NCBI GenBank assembly: GCA_002296285.1
Contig: DBHX01000046.1
Span: forward strand, 14,117-72,311
Length of the DNA: 58,195 bases
Direction: 5' to 3'
From: a bacterium UBP8_UBA817
Lineage (GTDB): Bacteria; Margulisbacteria; Marinamargulisbacteria; UBA817
A program made the translations under genes and the position numbers. The notes beneath the pieces were generated by a model. That model made no database searches. It had not been told where the DNA came from and was given only the letters and a program-made list of their open reading frames with translations. Positions 10,568 to 19,573 of the stretch are shown in pieces. Numbering within the stretch: the first letter of the stretch is position 1; every line of letters starts with the position of its first letter.

Positions 10568-10988
10568 GGGCATCAATTAGATCAATTCGATCTTGATGGC
10601 GACCTGATTCAAATTGGGTATCCATCCAGGTTTGAATTAAATGAAGTGCAAGTTCGTTCGAAGTGGTTCGTCCGCCCAAACAAAGAATGTTTGCATTATT
10701 ATGTGCCTTTGACATTTTTGCACTAAATTCATCATGAACCAATGCCGCGCGAATGCCACAATAGCGATTGGCACGCATGCTAATCCCAATGCCTGTTCCA
10801 CAGATTAAAATACCTGAATCAATATCACCTGATAGTATGGCTTTGCAGCATTTATCAGCGAAATAAGGATAATGAACGCTATCTGACGAGTTGGTTCCTA
10901 AATCTTTAAAAGAGATGTCCGGTAGCTCATTTAAAATATGCAGTTTTAAGTCATAACCACCATGGTCTGAAGCAATACCAATTATCAT
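10560..10988 (-). CDS. rpiB: Ribose-5-phosphate isomerase B
   Basis: 142 aa. MIIGIASDHGGYDLK and ICGTGIGISMRANR are typical of the RpiB/LacAB family. Confidence 0.9.
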   Translation of the reverse strand: MIIGIASDHGGYDLKLHILNELPDISFKDLGTNSSDSVHYPYFADKCCKAILSGDIDSGILICGTGIGISMRANRYCGIRAALVHDEFSAKMSKAHNNANILCLGGRTTSNELALHLIQTWMDTQFESGRHQDRIDLIDAPI

Positions 10989-11027
10989 AAATATAAGGTA
11001 CAGGATGTCGCTGTTAAAAACAATCCA

Positions 11028-11642
11028 TTACTTTTTTTTAGATGATTTTCTTTTGCGTAATTTTGAGTGATGATCGAATAGCGATTGATTAAAGTCGATG
11101 CTTGATTGCCTGTCTGGTTTTTTTCTTATCTTATTGCTCAAACGTACCAAAGTTAATGCCCCATCTGTTGAAAAGACTTTTTTTACCAATTCTTCAATCC
11201 AAATTTTTCTGCCGGGGTCATCTTCCACAATATGATGATCCATCGATAAATTGCCGGACCCAATAATGGCATATATAACCAGTAAAAATAGAACCAAGGC
11301 CGTCAGTTCAATATTTTGATTGATTGAGAATAGCGATTCTTTTGCATGAACAATAGCGAGTGCCCCGGATAGTATGGGAAGTTGAATTAATGCCCCAACA
11401 CGTGTTAACAATCCAACGCTTATCAATAACCCACCCACCAAATGCGAAGATATAACATAATGTGAAATAAAAGTTTCAAGAATATTCAGTTGTCCTTGTT
11501 GTAAAAAATACACCAAGTCCTGAGGGTTAATCATAAAATGAATGCCTTTAAAAAATAGCGCAATCCCTAAATATATGCGAATACATTCAACGGCATTTTC
11601 AAATTTTGAATGGTTTTTTGCTATTTTTAAAATTTTTTTCAT
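11028..11642 (-). CDS. DoxX-like membrane protein with a basic C-terminal tail
   Basis: Four hydrophobic segments in the N-terminal 140 aa resemble DoxX, followed by a lysine-rich tail. The assignment is tentative. Confidence 0.55.
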   Translation of the reverse strand: MKKILKIAKNHSKFENAVECIRIYLGIALFFKGIHFMINPQDLVYFLQQGQLNILETFISHYVISSHLVGGLLISVGLLTRVGALIQLPILSGALAIVHAKESLFSINQNIELTALVLFLLVIYAIIGSGNLSMDHHIVEDDPGRKIWIEELVKKVFSTDGALTLVRLSNKIRKKPDRQSSIDFNQSLFDHHSKLRKRKSSKKK

Positions 11643-11737
11643 TTTTTCCCCTTACTTATGATCTGATTGATGATTTTATCGGTAAAAGTTAAAAAACAAT
11701 TAGGTGTGAAAGTAATAAAGTGCGATATGATTAGAAC

Positions 11738-12100
11738 ATGAGAGGTTTAATATTTGGGTGTATATTTGGAAGTTTTTCCGTTATTTTTGGGGCCATTTTA
11801 ACCCATGCATTCAGCGATATGCTTAGTCAAAAAGAATTAAAGACCTTAGATGTCGCCGCAAAATATTTATTTTATGTTTCGGTTCCATTATTAATTTTGC
11901 ATTTTAGTGAAGCGAATTGGCATTGGCCAAAATTACTCTATAATTTATTTATTATTTCGTGCTTATTATTTTCAGGCAGTTTAATTCTCTTGATTTTTAC
12001 AAAAATAAGGTTGTTTGGATTTGTTACACCCATTGGCGGGCTTTTGCTGATTTCGTCATGGGGATATTTTTTATTTCTAGGTTACAAGAATAAACCATAG
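11738..12100 (+). CDS. DUF423 (YgdD/TMEM256-like) small membrane protein
   Basis: 120 aa with four TM segments. The N-terminal GAILTHAF resembles the conserved GAxGAH motif of the family. Confidence 0.6.
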   Translation: MRGLIFGCIFGSFSVIFGAILTHAFSDMLSQKELKTLDVAAKYLFYVSVPLLILHFSEANWHWPKLLYNLFIISCLLFSGSLILLIFTKIRLFGFVTPIGGLLLISSWGYFLFLGYKNKP

Positions 12101-12101
12101 G

Positions 12102-12515
12102 TTAATGTTCATTTTTCGGTGAAGGAATCAAGCTTTTCACATCTTTTTTCCACTGAATAATGCCCCCATTGATGTGAAATAGATACTTAAACCCATGCTT
12201 TGATAAATAATCAATGGCCAACTGACTTCTCCGGCCAGACCGGCAATATATCATTAACGTATTGTCCTTGTTTAAATGCAATAAGTCGCTATGATGATTG
12301 ATCCAATCAATATTAATTGCTCCTTGAATATGCCCACTTGAAAACTCTTCTGGGGTACGAACATCGATCATTTGAAATGAGTCATTTCCCAGTTGTTGCA
12401 AAATAAAATTATGTGCCATTCCTGGATGTAAATGGGTGATATGCGACGCTCGTTTTTTTTCGGAATTACAACCCAATAATAAAATTATAAGAAATAATAT
12501 TCCCCAGCGAAGCAT
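12102..12515 (-). CDS. Rhodanese-domain lipoprotein (sulfurtransferase-like)
   Basis: Lipobox LLLGC at the N-terminus. The rhodanese core is DVRTPEEFSSGHIQGAINI with the active-site loop YCRSGRRS. Confidence 0.8.
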   Translation of the reverse strand: MLRWGILFLIILLLGCNSEKKRASHITHLHPGMAHNFILQQLGNDSFQMIDVRTPEEFSSGHIQGAINIDWINHHSDLLHLNKDNTLMIYCRSGRRSQLAIDYLSKHGFKYLFHINGGIIQWKKDVKSLIPSPKNEH

Positions 12516-12619
12516 ATTAAAAGTATAGATGAGAATCGGAGATCATTATATTGATTTTTTTCAATGTTTGTTTACCTTTCGTTATTTATGGGTATATGCG
12601 TTTTTAGAAGGAGGGGAAC

Positions 12620-13129
12620 ATGAATTCATCAGTTCAGACCAAAGCACAAACAATTTACAGTCAATTTACAAAGGCACCCATTTTAGAAATGGTTCAGTAC
12701 ATGGTTGATGAAAATGTGGATGCCCAAATGTTGCATCAATTAAAATTAATTGATAATAAAATGAGAAAAAATCCCCATATAAAATCGTACGGCGAAAAAA
12801 TTTACGACGCATATGAGCGAATATGTAAAGTTCTGGTTACGTATCCAAGTCTGGAATTTAAAGGTCAGGAATTACATATTCAAAAAGATAAAGAGTCCTC
12901 GTTTTCAACCGAATATTATGGCCAAGATCATAATGCCAAAAAGAGTGAGCTCCATAAAATATTGGCTATTGTTAATATCAGTCTATCCAATGGAATAGAA
13001 TCAAACGCATTGGCCGAGCAATACATACGGGAATTATCATGTGACAAACAATCTGCGGAATTATTGGCGATGATTATTAAAGAAGCGTGTGGCGAAGATT
13101 ATTCCCGCTACATTAAGACTCTTTTATAG
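12620..13129 (+). CDS. Hypothetical protein (169 aa), no recognised family
   Basis: A strong SD (GAAGGAGGGG) lies 5 nt upstream of the ATG. The ORF is uninterrupted and has no signal peptide. Confidence 0.5.
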   Translation: MNSSVQTKAQTIYSQFTKAPILEMVQYMVDENVDAQMLHQLKLIDNKMRKNPHIKSYGEKIYDAYERICKVLVTYPSLEFKGQELHIQKDKESSFSTEYYGQDHNAKKSELHKILAIVNISLSNGIESNALAEQYIRELSCDKQSAELLAMIIKEACGEDYSRYIKTLL

Positions 13130-13508
13130 CGCGTTTGAATTTAGTGATGGCTCTATTTAAACCTTCACACGATTGTGCTTCCTTTTGAATTGTATCTTCG
13201 CTTTCCCATATGGCGTCCCAGTCAGGATATGTTCGACAGGCATCTGGACGTGATAAATAGACCTCGCAACGGTTATTTGGTTCTAAAAAACAATGTGTTC
13301 GAAAGGTTGGACTCGCAATGACATCCCATCCATTGATTCGAGTAACAAAATGATTCATGAAAAAATCAATGGAAACATTGAGCTCCCTTGACATTGATGC
13401 AATATTTTCTTGATTTACGTAGACATACCCGGGAGAGAGGCAACATTTTCCAGTATTTTGACAGGTGAAATGTGATAAGATATCTTTTCTATGATATGTC
13501 AGGGACAT
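13113..13508 (-). CDS. YkgJ-family (UPF0153) cysteine-cluster protein
   Basis: FTCQNTGKCC plus downstream Cys residues (..HCF..NRCEVY..PDACRTYP) fit the CxxCxxCC-type zinc/iron cluster family. The ATG at 13508 overlaps the upstream stop as TAATG. Confidence 0.65.
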   Translation of the reverse strand: MSLTYHRKDILSHFTCQNTGKCCLSPGYVYVNQENIASMSRELNVSIDFFMNHFVTRINGWDVIASPTFRTHCFLEPNNRCEVYLSRPDACRTYPDWDAIWESEDTIQKEAQSCEGLNRAITKFKRAIKES

Positions 13509-14659
13509 TAATTGATCGGACCTAGTTGGGCAACGAAATCCAACCACATTTTTAGTTCAGATGGCGCAGGGCTATCTATGCCAGGGATGAATTGGCCAAC
13601 TTTGTAAACCCAAAAAAGCCGATTCTTAATGAGTTCATCTTGAATACAAAGATCAATTTCAGCGCCTAAGTTTTTAGTGAGCGACTGGCCACGAAATAAA
13701 TATCCGTGAATATTGACGAACTGTGTTTGGTTCAACTGGGTGGAAAACGATCCGAAAATGGATCGAAAGTCTTCCGAAAAACCATTCTGTATGCTTGACA
13801 TGTAGGTGCTTACATACCCATCCCAGGCGTGCCCACTACTATATGGCGCACTGAAACCAGGCGTAGAGCTTTGGGGACCTTCAAAGAAACGCGTACCCAA
13901 TCGAAACGATTGATTGTTAAAAGAATATTTGTATATGGCGTCGTGAAAAATTCGAGATGATGAATAAAATGAATGATTATCGTTATATGGATTGGTTTGA
14001 TAAGAAACAGTAGATTCAATCAGGTGTTGTCCATTGAAATGTTTGCTAAAGGTAATGGAATAAGTGTTGGAAATATCCTCGAAAAGAAAGACCTGGGCAT
14101 TTATATCAATCAAATCCATTAAGGTTAAATGATTGGCATTAATGATGTAAGACCCATTGCTGTAAAAATGTTTTTGGGTTGAATTTGAGGCTGATGTACT
14201 TTTTAGATATGAAAACTGAATATTGTTATTTAGTGTCATGTAACTAATTTGTTGAAAGGTTCGGGGCAGTAAATTAAACGTTGCATCGGATATAAAACGT
14301 CCCCCATTAAGACTGAAACGTTTTTCACCAAAGGAAAGAATACCAATGGGCAATACGGCATCCACATAAGCTTCAGTTAAGCGCGTCATGGATTCTGATG
14401 TTGGGTTGGAATGATTATAAAAATGCCCAAATTCAAGATGCGGCTTTACGTCTAAGTAGGTATCTATTTTTGGAAATGATACATTAAGAAGCACATTCGA
14501 ATATTGATTCCATTGAGTTGAATCATTTTCTGCATACTGTGTTCGAGATTTTACATAAACATTGGATTTAATATCATCCAAAATATAGCTGGCAATGGCA
14601 TTTTTTATAGGAAATATGGTGACACAAATACAAGAAATGAATACCAAAACAAGTTTCAT
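13508..14659 (-). CDS. Secreted beta-rich protein, probable outer-membrane barrel (possibly alginate-export-like)
   Basis: It has a signal peptide (MKLVLVFISCICVTIFPIKNAIA). The 383-aa body is rich in Y, F, N and S with strand-like periodicity. The family call is tentative. Confidence 0.5.
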   Translation of the reverse strand: MKLVLVFISCICVTIFPIKNAIASYILDDIKSNVYVKSRTQYAENDSTQWNQYSNVLLNVSFPKIDTYLDVKPHLEFGHFYNHSNPTSESMTRLTEAYVDAVLPIGILSFGEKRFSLNGGRFISDATFNLLPRTFQQISYMTLNNNIQFSYLKSTSASNSTQKHFYSNGSYIINANHLTLMDLIDINAQVFLFEDISNTYSITFSKHFNGQHLIESTVSYQTNPYNDNHSFYSSSRIFHDAIYKYSFNNQSFRLGTRFFEGPQSSTPGFSAPYSSGHAWDGYVSTYMSSIQNGFSEDFRSIFGSFSTQLNQTQFVNIHGYLFRGQSLTKNLGAEIDLCIQDELIKNRLFWVYKVGQFIPGIDSPAPSELKMWLDFVAQLGPIN

Positions 14660-14692
14660 AGATTTATCATATCATAAGCCCCAATAAATTAT

Positions 14693-14721
14693 TTGAACAT
14701 TTGTATTGATTAGTATATATT
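14693..14721 (+). promoter_or_regulatory. Candidate sigma-70 promoter for the 14744 ORF
   Basis: TTGAAC (14693-14698), a 17-nt spacer, then TATATT (14716-14721), 22 nt upstream of the ATG. Confidence 0.3.
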
Positions 14722-14743
14722 AAACTTTGAAAGAGGTTACATT

Positions 14744-15208
14744 ATGGCAGTACCAAGAATTAATAGCAGTGGATCAAATCCTGAGAGTTATAGAATTAAG
14801 CATACGGATCCTTTGCAAAAAGTGGAAAAAGAATTAAAACCTGAATTGGATAATAATCCACTCTTGTTAGTACAGGAACTGGTTATTGAGTTAAAGGAAA
14901 GGGTATGCTTGGTGACTAAAATAAGCTCAAAACAAAAAATTGAGTTATTTTGCAAAGACATTACCGATTTTATGGTGTTGCATTACGGGTCCCAACTTGG
15001 TATTGGAAATTCGGTTGTGTCATCCAGTGCATTAGAGGATCGATGGGAAGAACTTCAAAACGATTATAAATGCATTCCCAATAAAACGCACAATGTGAAG
15101 GACATATGGAAAAAATTATCGTCATTAATGTCGAAGCACTTCATTACAAAAAAAATGATCAATGCGGATCAAGCTTCAGTTAATATTCATCCCAAACTAA
15201 AAAAATAA
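14744..15208 (+). CDS. Hypothetical protein (154 aa), no recognised family
   Basis: Intact ORF with an AGAGG SD-like element upstream. It has no signal peptide or TM segment. Confidence 0.45.
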   Translation: MAVPRINSSGSNPESYRIKHTDPLQKVEKELKPELDNNPLLLVQELVIELKERVCLVTKISSKQKIELFCKDITDFMVLHYGSQLGIGNSVVSSSALEDRWEELQNDYKCIPNKTHNVKDIWKKLSSLMSKHFITKKMINADQASVNIHPKLKK

Positions 15209-15266
15209 ATGTTTAAGATTTCATAATTGGTTGCATATACTATGTATCCCAACCATTGGAGTTTTA

Positions 15267-16085
15267 ATGAAAAAGTTTATTTTAATTCTTTGCATTTCCT
15301 TTTGCTTAATTGGATGCTCTAGAGAGCAAACCATTATTGGAACATACCAAGGAAATGGATTTTATTTTACCATGGAGAATGGTGATTTGTATGAGTATTC
15401 AGGGGCATTAACAAAGGTAGAAGGGGGCATAATCAACTCAGTGAATAGGACGAATGCCCAATCTCTCCAAACGTCCACACAAACGGCCGTCAGTGTAATG
15501 TCATCATCGGGCAAGATTATATTTCGACATGAGCCAAATCAGTTCATTGAAGCGTCCGTTATTAATTCTGAATTAACGAAGGTTACATTTGTAAATGTCT
15601 CAGGACAATTATATGAATACAACCGAAATACGAATATTACAAAAGATATGGGAGTAACAATTTACCCTGTGCCAAAACAAATGGTATTGGATGAAACAAA
15701 TCGTGTTGTTTTTTACCACGACAAGACCAATGTCTACTCATTAGATTTACAAACGCTTGAAAGAACACTATTAACGAAAATCATGGTTCCTATTCAGTCC
15801 ATTGCCTATAATCCTAAAACCAGCGATGTTTATTTTTCAACATCTACGGATGGTAAAATTTATAAAGTTAACCAACATGTGTCATATGCTCAATTGGTTC
15901 ATGAACCAATTTCAGCTAGGGGGGCTACGGTTGCGGTTGATTCAATGGGGGATTTTTTATACTTTTCGAAAAGCAATGGGCAAGATATTCAAATCAAATC
16001 CATAAATTTATCTACGAAAGAGATTGATTCAGTGGTAACATTATACAAATTAAATTACATCAATAATTTAATTTCTAAGGATTAA
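15267..16085 (+). CDS. Lipoprotein with repeated beta-strand units (possible beta-propeller)
   Basis: MKKFILILCISFCLIGC is a lipobox. There are recurring G-x-LYEY / VYSLD / KIYKV type units. Start placed at the internal ATG 15267. Confidence 0.55.
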   Translation: MKKFILILCISFCLIGCSREQTIIGTYQGNGFYFTMENGDLYEYSGALTKVEGGIINSVNRTNAQSLQTSTQTAVSVMSSSGKIIFRHEPNQFIEASVINSELTKVTFVNVSGQLYEYNRNTNITKDMGVTIYPVPKQMVLDETNRVVFYHDKTNVYSLDLQTLERTLLTKIMVPIQSIAYNPKTSDVYFSTSTDGKIYKVNQHVSYAQLVHEPISARGATVAVDSMGDFLYFSKSNGQDIQIKSINLSTKEIDSVVTLYKLNYINNLISKD

Positions 16086-16863
16086 TGGACCAAGAAAATA
16101 AGTTGGTTTTATTTTGCCCTCCCCAATGCCCAATATATTTATAGGGTGGGGTACTTGAAAATACATAATAGTGGCGATGATTGTAGAGGAAGCCTTGCCA
16201 TCCTGTTACCGACAACACATACACGATGTATGTTTTTTTTGTGGATCGAATGTGCTTTTCTAGTTGTTCAGGCAATGCATACCCATCAAAAAATGGTAAT
16301 AAATTACTCGTAACCATCTTGTGAATGACAACAGGGACTTTAATTGCCATATGTTGAACTGAAAAATCTGCAGAAAATTGTTCAGGAGCATCTTTAGATA
16401 ACACTTGCAATATAGGAAAAATCGAAAATGTATCCAAGGTATTCTTTGTATAGTAGACCCCTTTTTCACGAGTTTTCGAATCTTTTGAATAGAAAGTGAA
16501 GACGACCTCATCCAATTCATTACGTTGACCCAATCGTTGATCATAGTTGAGTTTATCGATTAATGGTGGGTGGCTCACGTTGAACGATGAATGAAGCACT
16601 TGAAATGAGCTGTTTAAATTAAGTGTTGATTCACTCATTTTGGTTTTAACCGTTAAGAAAAGTCCTGACATTTCTTGGTTAAATGTCATGTGAAATGGAA
16701 AAGATTCCTTCGTATGAGCATTCATTATTAATCCATTGGCTTCATAATTGGGAATATTATTTGTTGATTGATTTTGAATCAGAGAATCCAAGGTTGGGAT
16801 AGCGGCAAGTGTGAACGTTGTGGAAATAATCAGAGCAAATAGAACAATGGCTCTCTTTAACAT
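16075..16863 (-). CDS. Secreted hypothetical protein, last gene of the lipid-modification operon
   Basis: Signal peptide MLKRAIVLFALIISTTFTLAA. The ATG at 16863 overlaps the stop of the DUF1295 gene as TAATG, which indicates translational coupling. Confidence 0.55.
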   Translation of the reverse strand: MLKRAIVLFALIISTTFTLAAIPTLDSLIQNQSTNNIPNYEANGLIMNAHTKESFPFHMTFNQEMSGLFLTVKTKMSESTLNLNSSFQVLHSSFNVSHPPLIDKLNYDQRLGQRNELDEVVFTFYSKDSKTREKGVYYTKNTLDTFSIFPILQVLSKDAPEQFSADFSVQHMAIKVPVVIHKMVTSNLLPFFDGYALPEQLEKHIRSTKKTYIVYVLSVTGWQGFLYNHRHYYVFSSTPPYKYIGHWGGQNKTNLFSWSINP

Positions 16864-17621
16864 TAGAAGTTTCTCCAAGGAACAAAATATGAGGTGTTTG
16901 ACTGATATTGTTTAAAAACATCCCCGTGTCGTTCAAGACTGCATTTTTCAGTATAAGGGCCGGTAATAAAATACATGATAATAAATATGGACAAAGGACC
17001 AATAAACGAAATTGCCCAAAGGGGTTGCCCAATAAAAGATATTGAAATTCCTAGCCACATAAGGCATTCAAAAAAATAGTTGGGGTGTCGCGAATATGCC
17101 CATAATCCAGATGTGCAAATTCCTTTTTGATGTTGTTTGAATGCATGAAGTTGAGCATCGGCCAAGCTTTCACCAATAAAACCAATCATAAATAGAAGGC
17201 CTCCCAAGGCTAAATAAACTGGCTCAATGGATGAAGAAAGAACCAAAGGATATGTCGTAAATACCAACAACGCTTGCAAAGGGGTTTGAATCAGTATTTG
17301 CTTTAGCATGAGACCTGTTGGAGACCTATGGTTCATATTGCTATAGCGTCGATCGACGTGTGGCGTTAATATTCTTGTGAAAAGAATAAAGCAAGATAAT
17401 CGAAGGCTCCATAAGCCGACCATAAGGTAAATGGCCCAATGCAAATCCCCGAAATTAAATTTTGTTATGTTTATAATCGCCATGGTAATGCCGATTCCCC
17501 AAAATACATCAATAATGCTGTGTTTTTTTGTGATCCAAAATGAAATCAACGCGCCAAAAAGAGTGAAGAAGCATATAAAAATGGCGGACAAAAAATAATG
17601 AAATACGGATTCAATAATCAT
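16863..17621 (-). CDS. DUF1295 membrane protein (steroid 5-alpha-reductase / ICMT-like fold)
   Basis: Multi-TM protein with the C-terminal motif WAYSRHPNYFFECLMWLG typical of DUF1295. It has a 4-nt ATGA overlap with the upstream gene. Confidence 0.8.
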   Translation of the reverse strand: MIIESVFHYFLSAIFICFFTLFGALISFWITKKHSIIDVFWGIGITMAIINITKFNFGDLHWAIYLMVGLWSLRLSCFILFTRILTPHVDRRYSNMNHRSPTGLMLKQILIQTPLQALLVFTTYPLVLSSSIEPVYLALGGLLFMIGFIGESLADAQLHAFKQHQKGICTSGLWAYSRHPNYFFECLMWLGISISFIGQPLWAISFIGPLSIFIIMYFITGPYTEKCSLERHGDVFKQYQSNTSYFVPWRNF

Positions 17622-19573
17622 TTTTCGATGACAAATTGTTCGTTGTGAATGAAATTGGCATTAAACCCAGCGCTGCAATAATTGAAGTAATAAACCCATG
17701 TTTGAATAAACTTATTATCAAATCCCATATTTAAAATCTGGTCTTTTTTTTCAAGAAATGTTTGTTCCCATGTCCGTAATGTTTTTACATAATGATCGGT
17801 AATGGTCGTTGACATCGTCCAATTAAAATTGGCTGTTTTACTGGCTTTTTTTATGGCGGTCATGGATGGCAGGTGCCCGCCAGGAAATATATATTTTTGA
17901 ATGAAATCTTGAGAGTTTCGGTACGATTCATATCGGTTGTCAGGAATCATAATGCATTGAAACATGGCTTTTCCGTTTCGTTTTAGAAGATCGTAACATT
18001 TTTTAAAGTAAGTGGTTAAATAGTCATGACCAACAGCTTCAAGCATTTCAATCGAAATAATCCGGTCATATTTTCCCGACAATAATCGGTAATCCATCAA
18101 TTTAACTTCAATCAATGCATCTAAATGACGCTTGTTAATTTCGGCTTTGACATGATTATATTGTTCTTCACTAATCGTTACCGTAGTTACATGGCATCCA
18201 ATGGTGGTTGCGGCATGGATGGCCAATGCGCCCCATCCAGATCCAATTTCCAAAATTCGATGCGATGGTTGCACATCTGCCATGGTTAAGGCTTGATTGA
18301 TTTTATTAATTTGGGCATCTTCCAATGATTCCGATGGTGATGAATAAATGGCCGATGAATAGACACGATTTTTGTCGAGAAATAACTCAAAAAACCGATT
18401 GCCCAAATCATAATGCTCGTAAATATTTTTCTTGGCTTTTGAAATGTTGTTTTTTCGTAAGTGGTGCTGAATTTTATTGATCATTCGAGAGAATGATATG
18501 AATACATTGCTTGTTTTTAGAAGGGATTCATTGGCTATAAATACCTCAAATACTGTCTCGAGTGAATCGGTGTCCCAATATTTTTTGATATACGCATCCG
18601 CAAGGCCAATATCAGATTTTAGTACAAGTAAATTAAAAAAACGGTAGTCTAACACATTGATTGTCGCCAATTTTTTACTTGATGGCTGACCATAAGACAA
18701 TAGTTTTCCATCCGGACACTTGATTTCAAGGCCATGGGTGTCTATTTTTTTGAGGTATTTATTCAGTAGGCTGATGGCAAGTTTATGTATCATTGTGGGT
18801 GATTTTCTAGAAAAAGAATTTGGGCTTTTCAACCCTTGGTTTTTAAAGTGTGGTAATCGGTGTTTGAATTTAAGTATTGCGGCTTGAATAAGAATTCTTG
18901 GAAACGTTGTTACGGCAGTGTGAATGTAATTGCCGGACATTAACATGAGTCGTTTTCCATTTAAGGGCGCTGTGGTTAGTTTTAAATTTGCGTTAAACAT
19001 ATGTTGATTTCCTTTGAAATAGTTGATGGTTATCTCTATATTATCCATGTTTTTGGAAAATATAAAACGATACTTTCCATCAACTGTAAAAAATGGGGAT
19101 ACATGAAAGTTTTTAACGGTTTCAAAGTTTAAATAGCCCTTTTTTTCAATGGGGTTGGTGAGTAAATACAAGTGTTTTTCTTTGTACGTATTATGAACTT
19201 CCGCAATGACGGCAATGATGTCTTGTGATGAATTTAATAAATAGAAAAAACTTACAGGGTTAAAATTTAGCCCAAAAAACGTGGGGCAAGTTAGCAGAAA
19301 TGCCTCTGTGTAATCAATGGTCGGCGCCTCTTTTTTTAAAAATAGGGTGAGCTTTTCTTTTAATGAGTGTTGCCCAGGTGTTAAATAGTTGGCATCATTG
19401 ATAGAAAATAAAATGCGTGTGTTTTTTTTGAATAGTGGAAGTGAATTTAAATGCTTTTCTTCATTTAAATGGATCAACATATGGTTTAGCCCATATGTGA
19501 ATGTTCGTTTAATGGGCGAGAATCTTGTGTGAGATGTAATGCCTTTGCAAATTCTTGATTTTACAAATAACAT
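17618..19573 (-). CDS. Fusion protein: DUF1365 domain plus cyclopropane-fatty-acyl-phospholipid synthase-like SAM methyltransferase
   Basis: N-terminal half: FNPVSFFYL, AEVHNTYKEKHLYLL and KNFHVSPFF (DUF1365). C-terminal half: HYDLGNRFFELFLD, LEDAQINK and ILEIGSGWGALAIHAA (CFA synthase family). It is one uninterrupted 651-aa ORF. Confidence 0.85.
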   Translation of the reverse strand: MLFVKSRICKGITSHTRFSPIKRTFTYGLNHMLIHLNEEKHLNSLPLFKKNTRILFSINDANYLTPGQHSLKEKLTLFLKKEAPTIDYTEAFLLTCPTFFGLNFNPVSFFYLLNSSQDIIAVIAEVHNTYKEKHLYLLTNPIEKKGYLNFETVKNFHVSPFFTVDGKYRFIFSKNMDNIEITINYFKGNQHMFNANLKLTTAPLNGKRLMLMSGNYIHTAVTTFPRILIQAAILKFKHRLPHFKNQGLKSPNSFSRKSPTMIHKLAISLLNKYLKKIDTHGLEIKCPDGKLLSYGQPSSKKLATINVLDYRFFNLLVLKSDIGLADAYIKKYWDTDSLETVFEVFIANESLLKTSNVFISFSRMINKIQHHLRKNNISKAKKNIYEHYDLGNRFFELFLDKNRVYSSAIYSSPSESLEDAQINKINQALTMADVQPSHRILEIGSGWGALAIHAATTIGCHVTTVTISEEQYNHVKAEINKRHLDALIEVKLMDYRLLSGKYDRIISIEMLEAVGHDYLTTYFKKCYDLLKRNGKAMFQCIMIPDNRYESYRNSQDFIQKYIFPGGHLPSMTAIKKASKTANFNWTMSTTITDHYVKTLRTWEQTFLEKKDQILNMGFDNKFIQTWVYYFNYCSAGFNANFIHNEQFVIEK

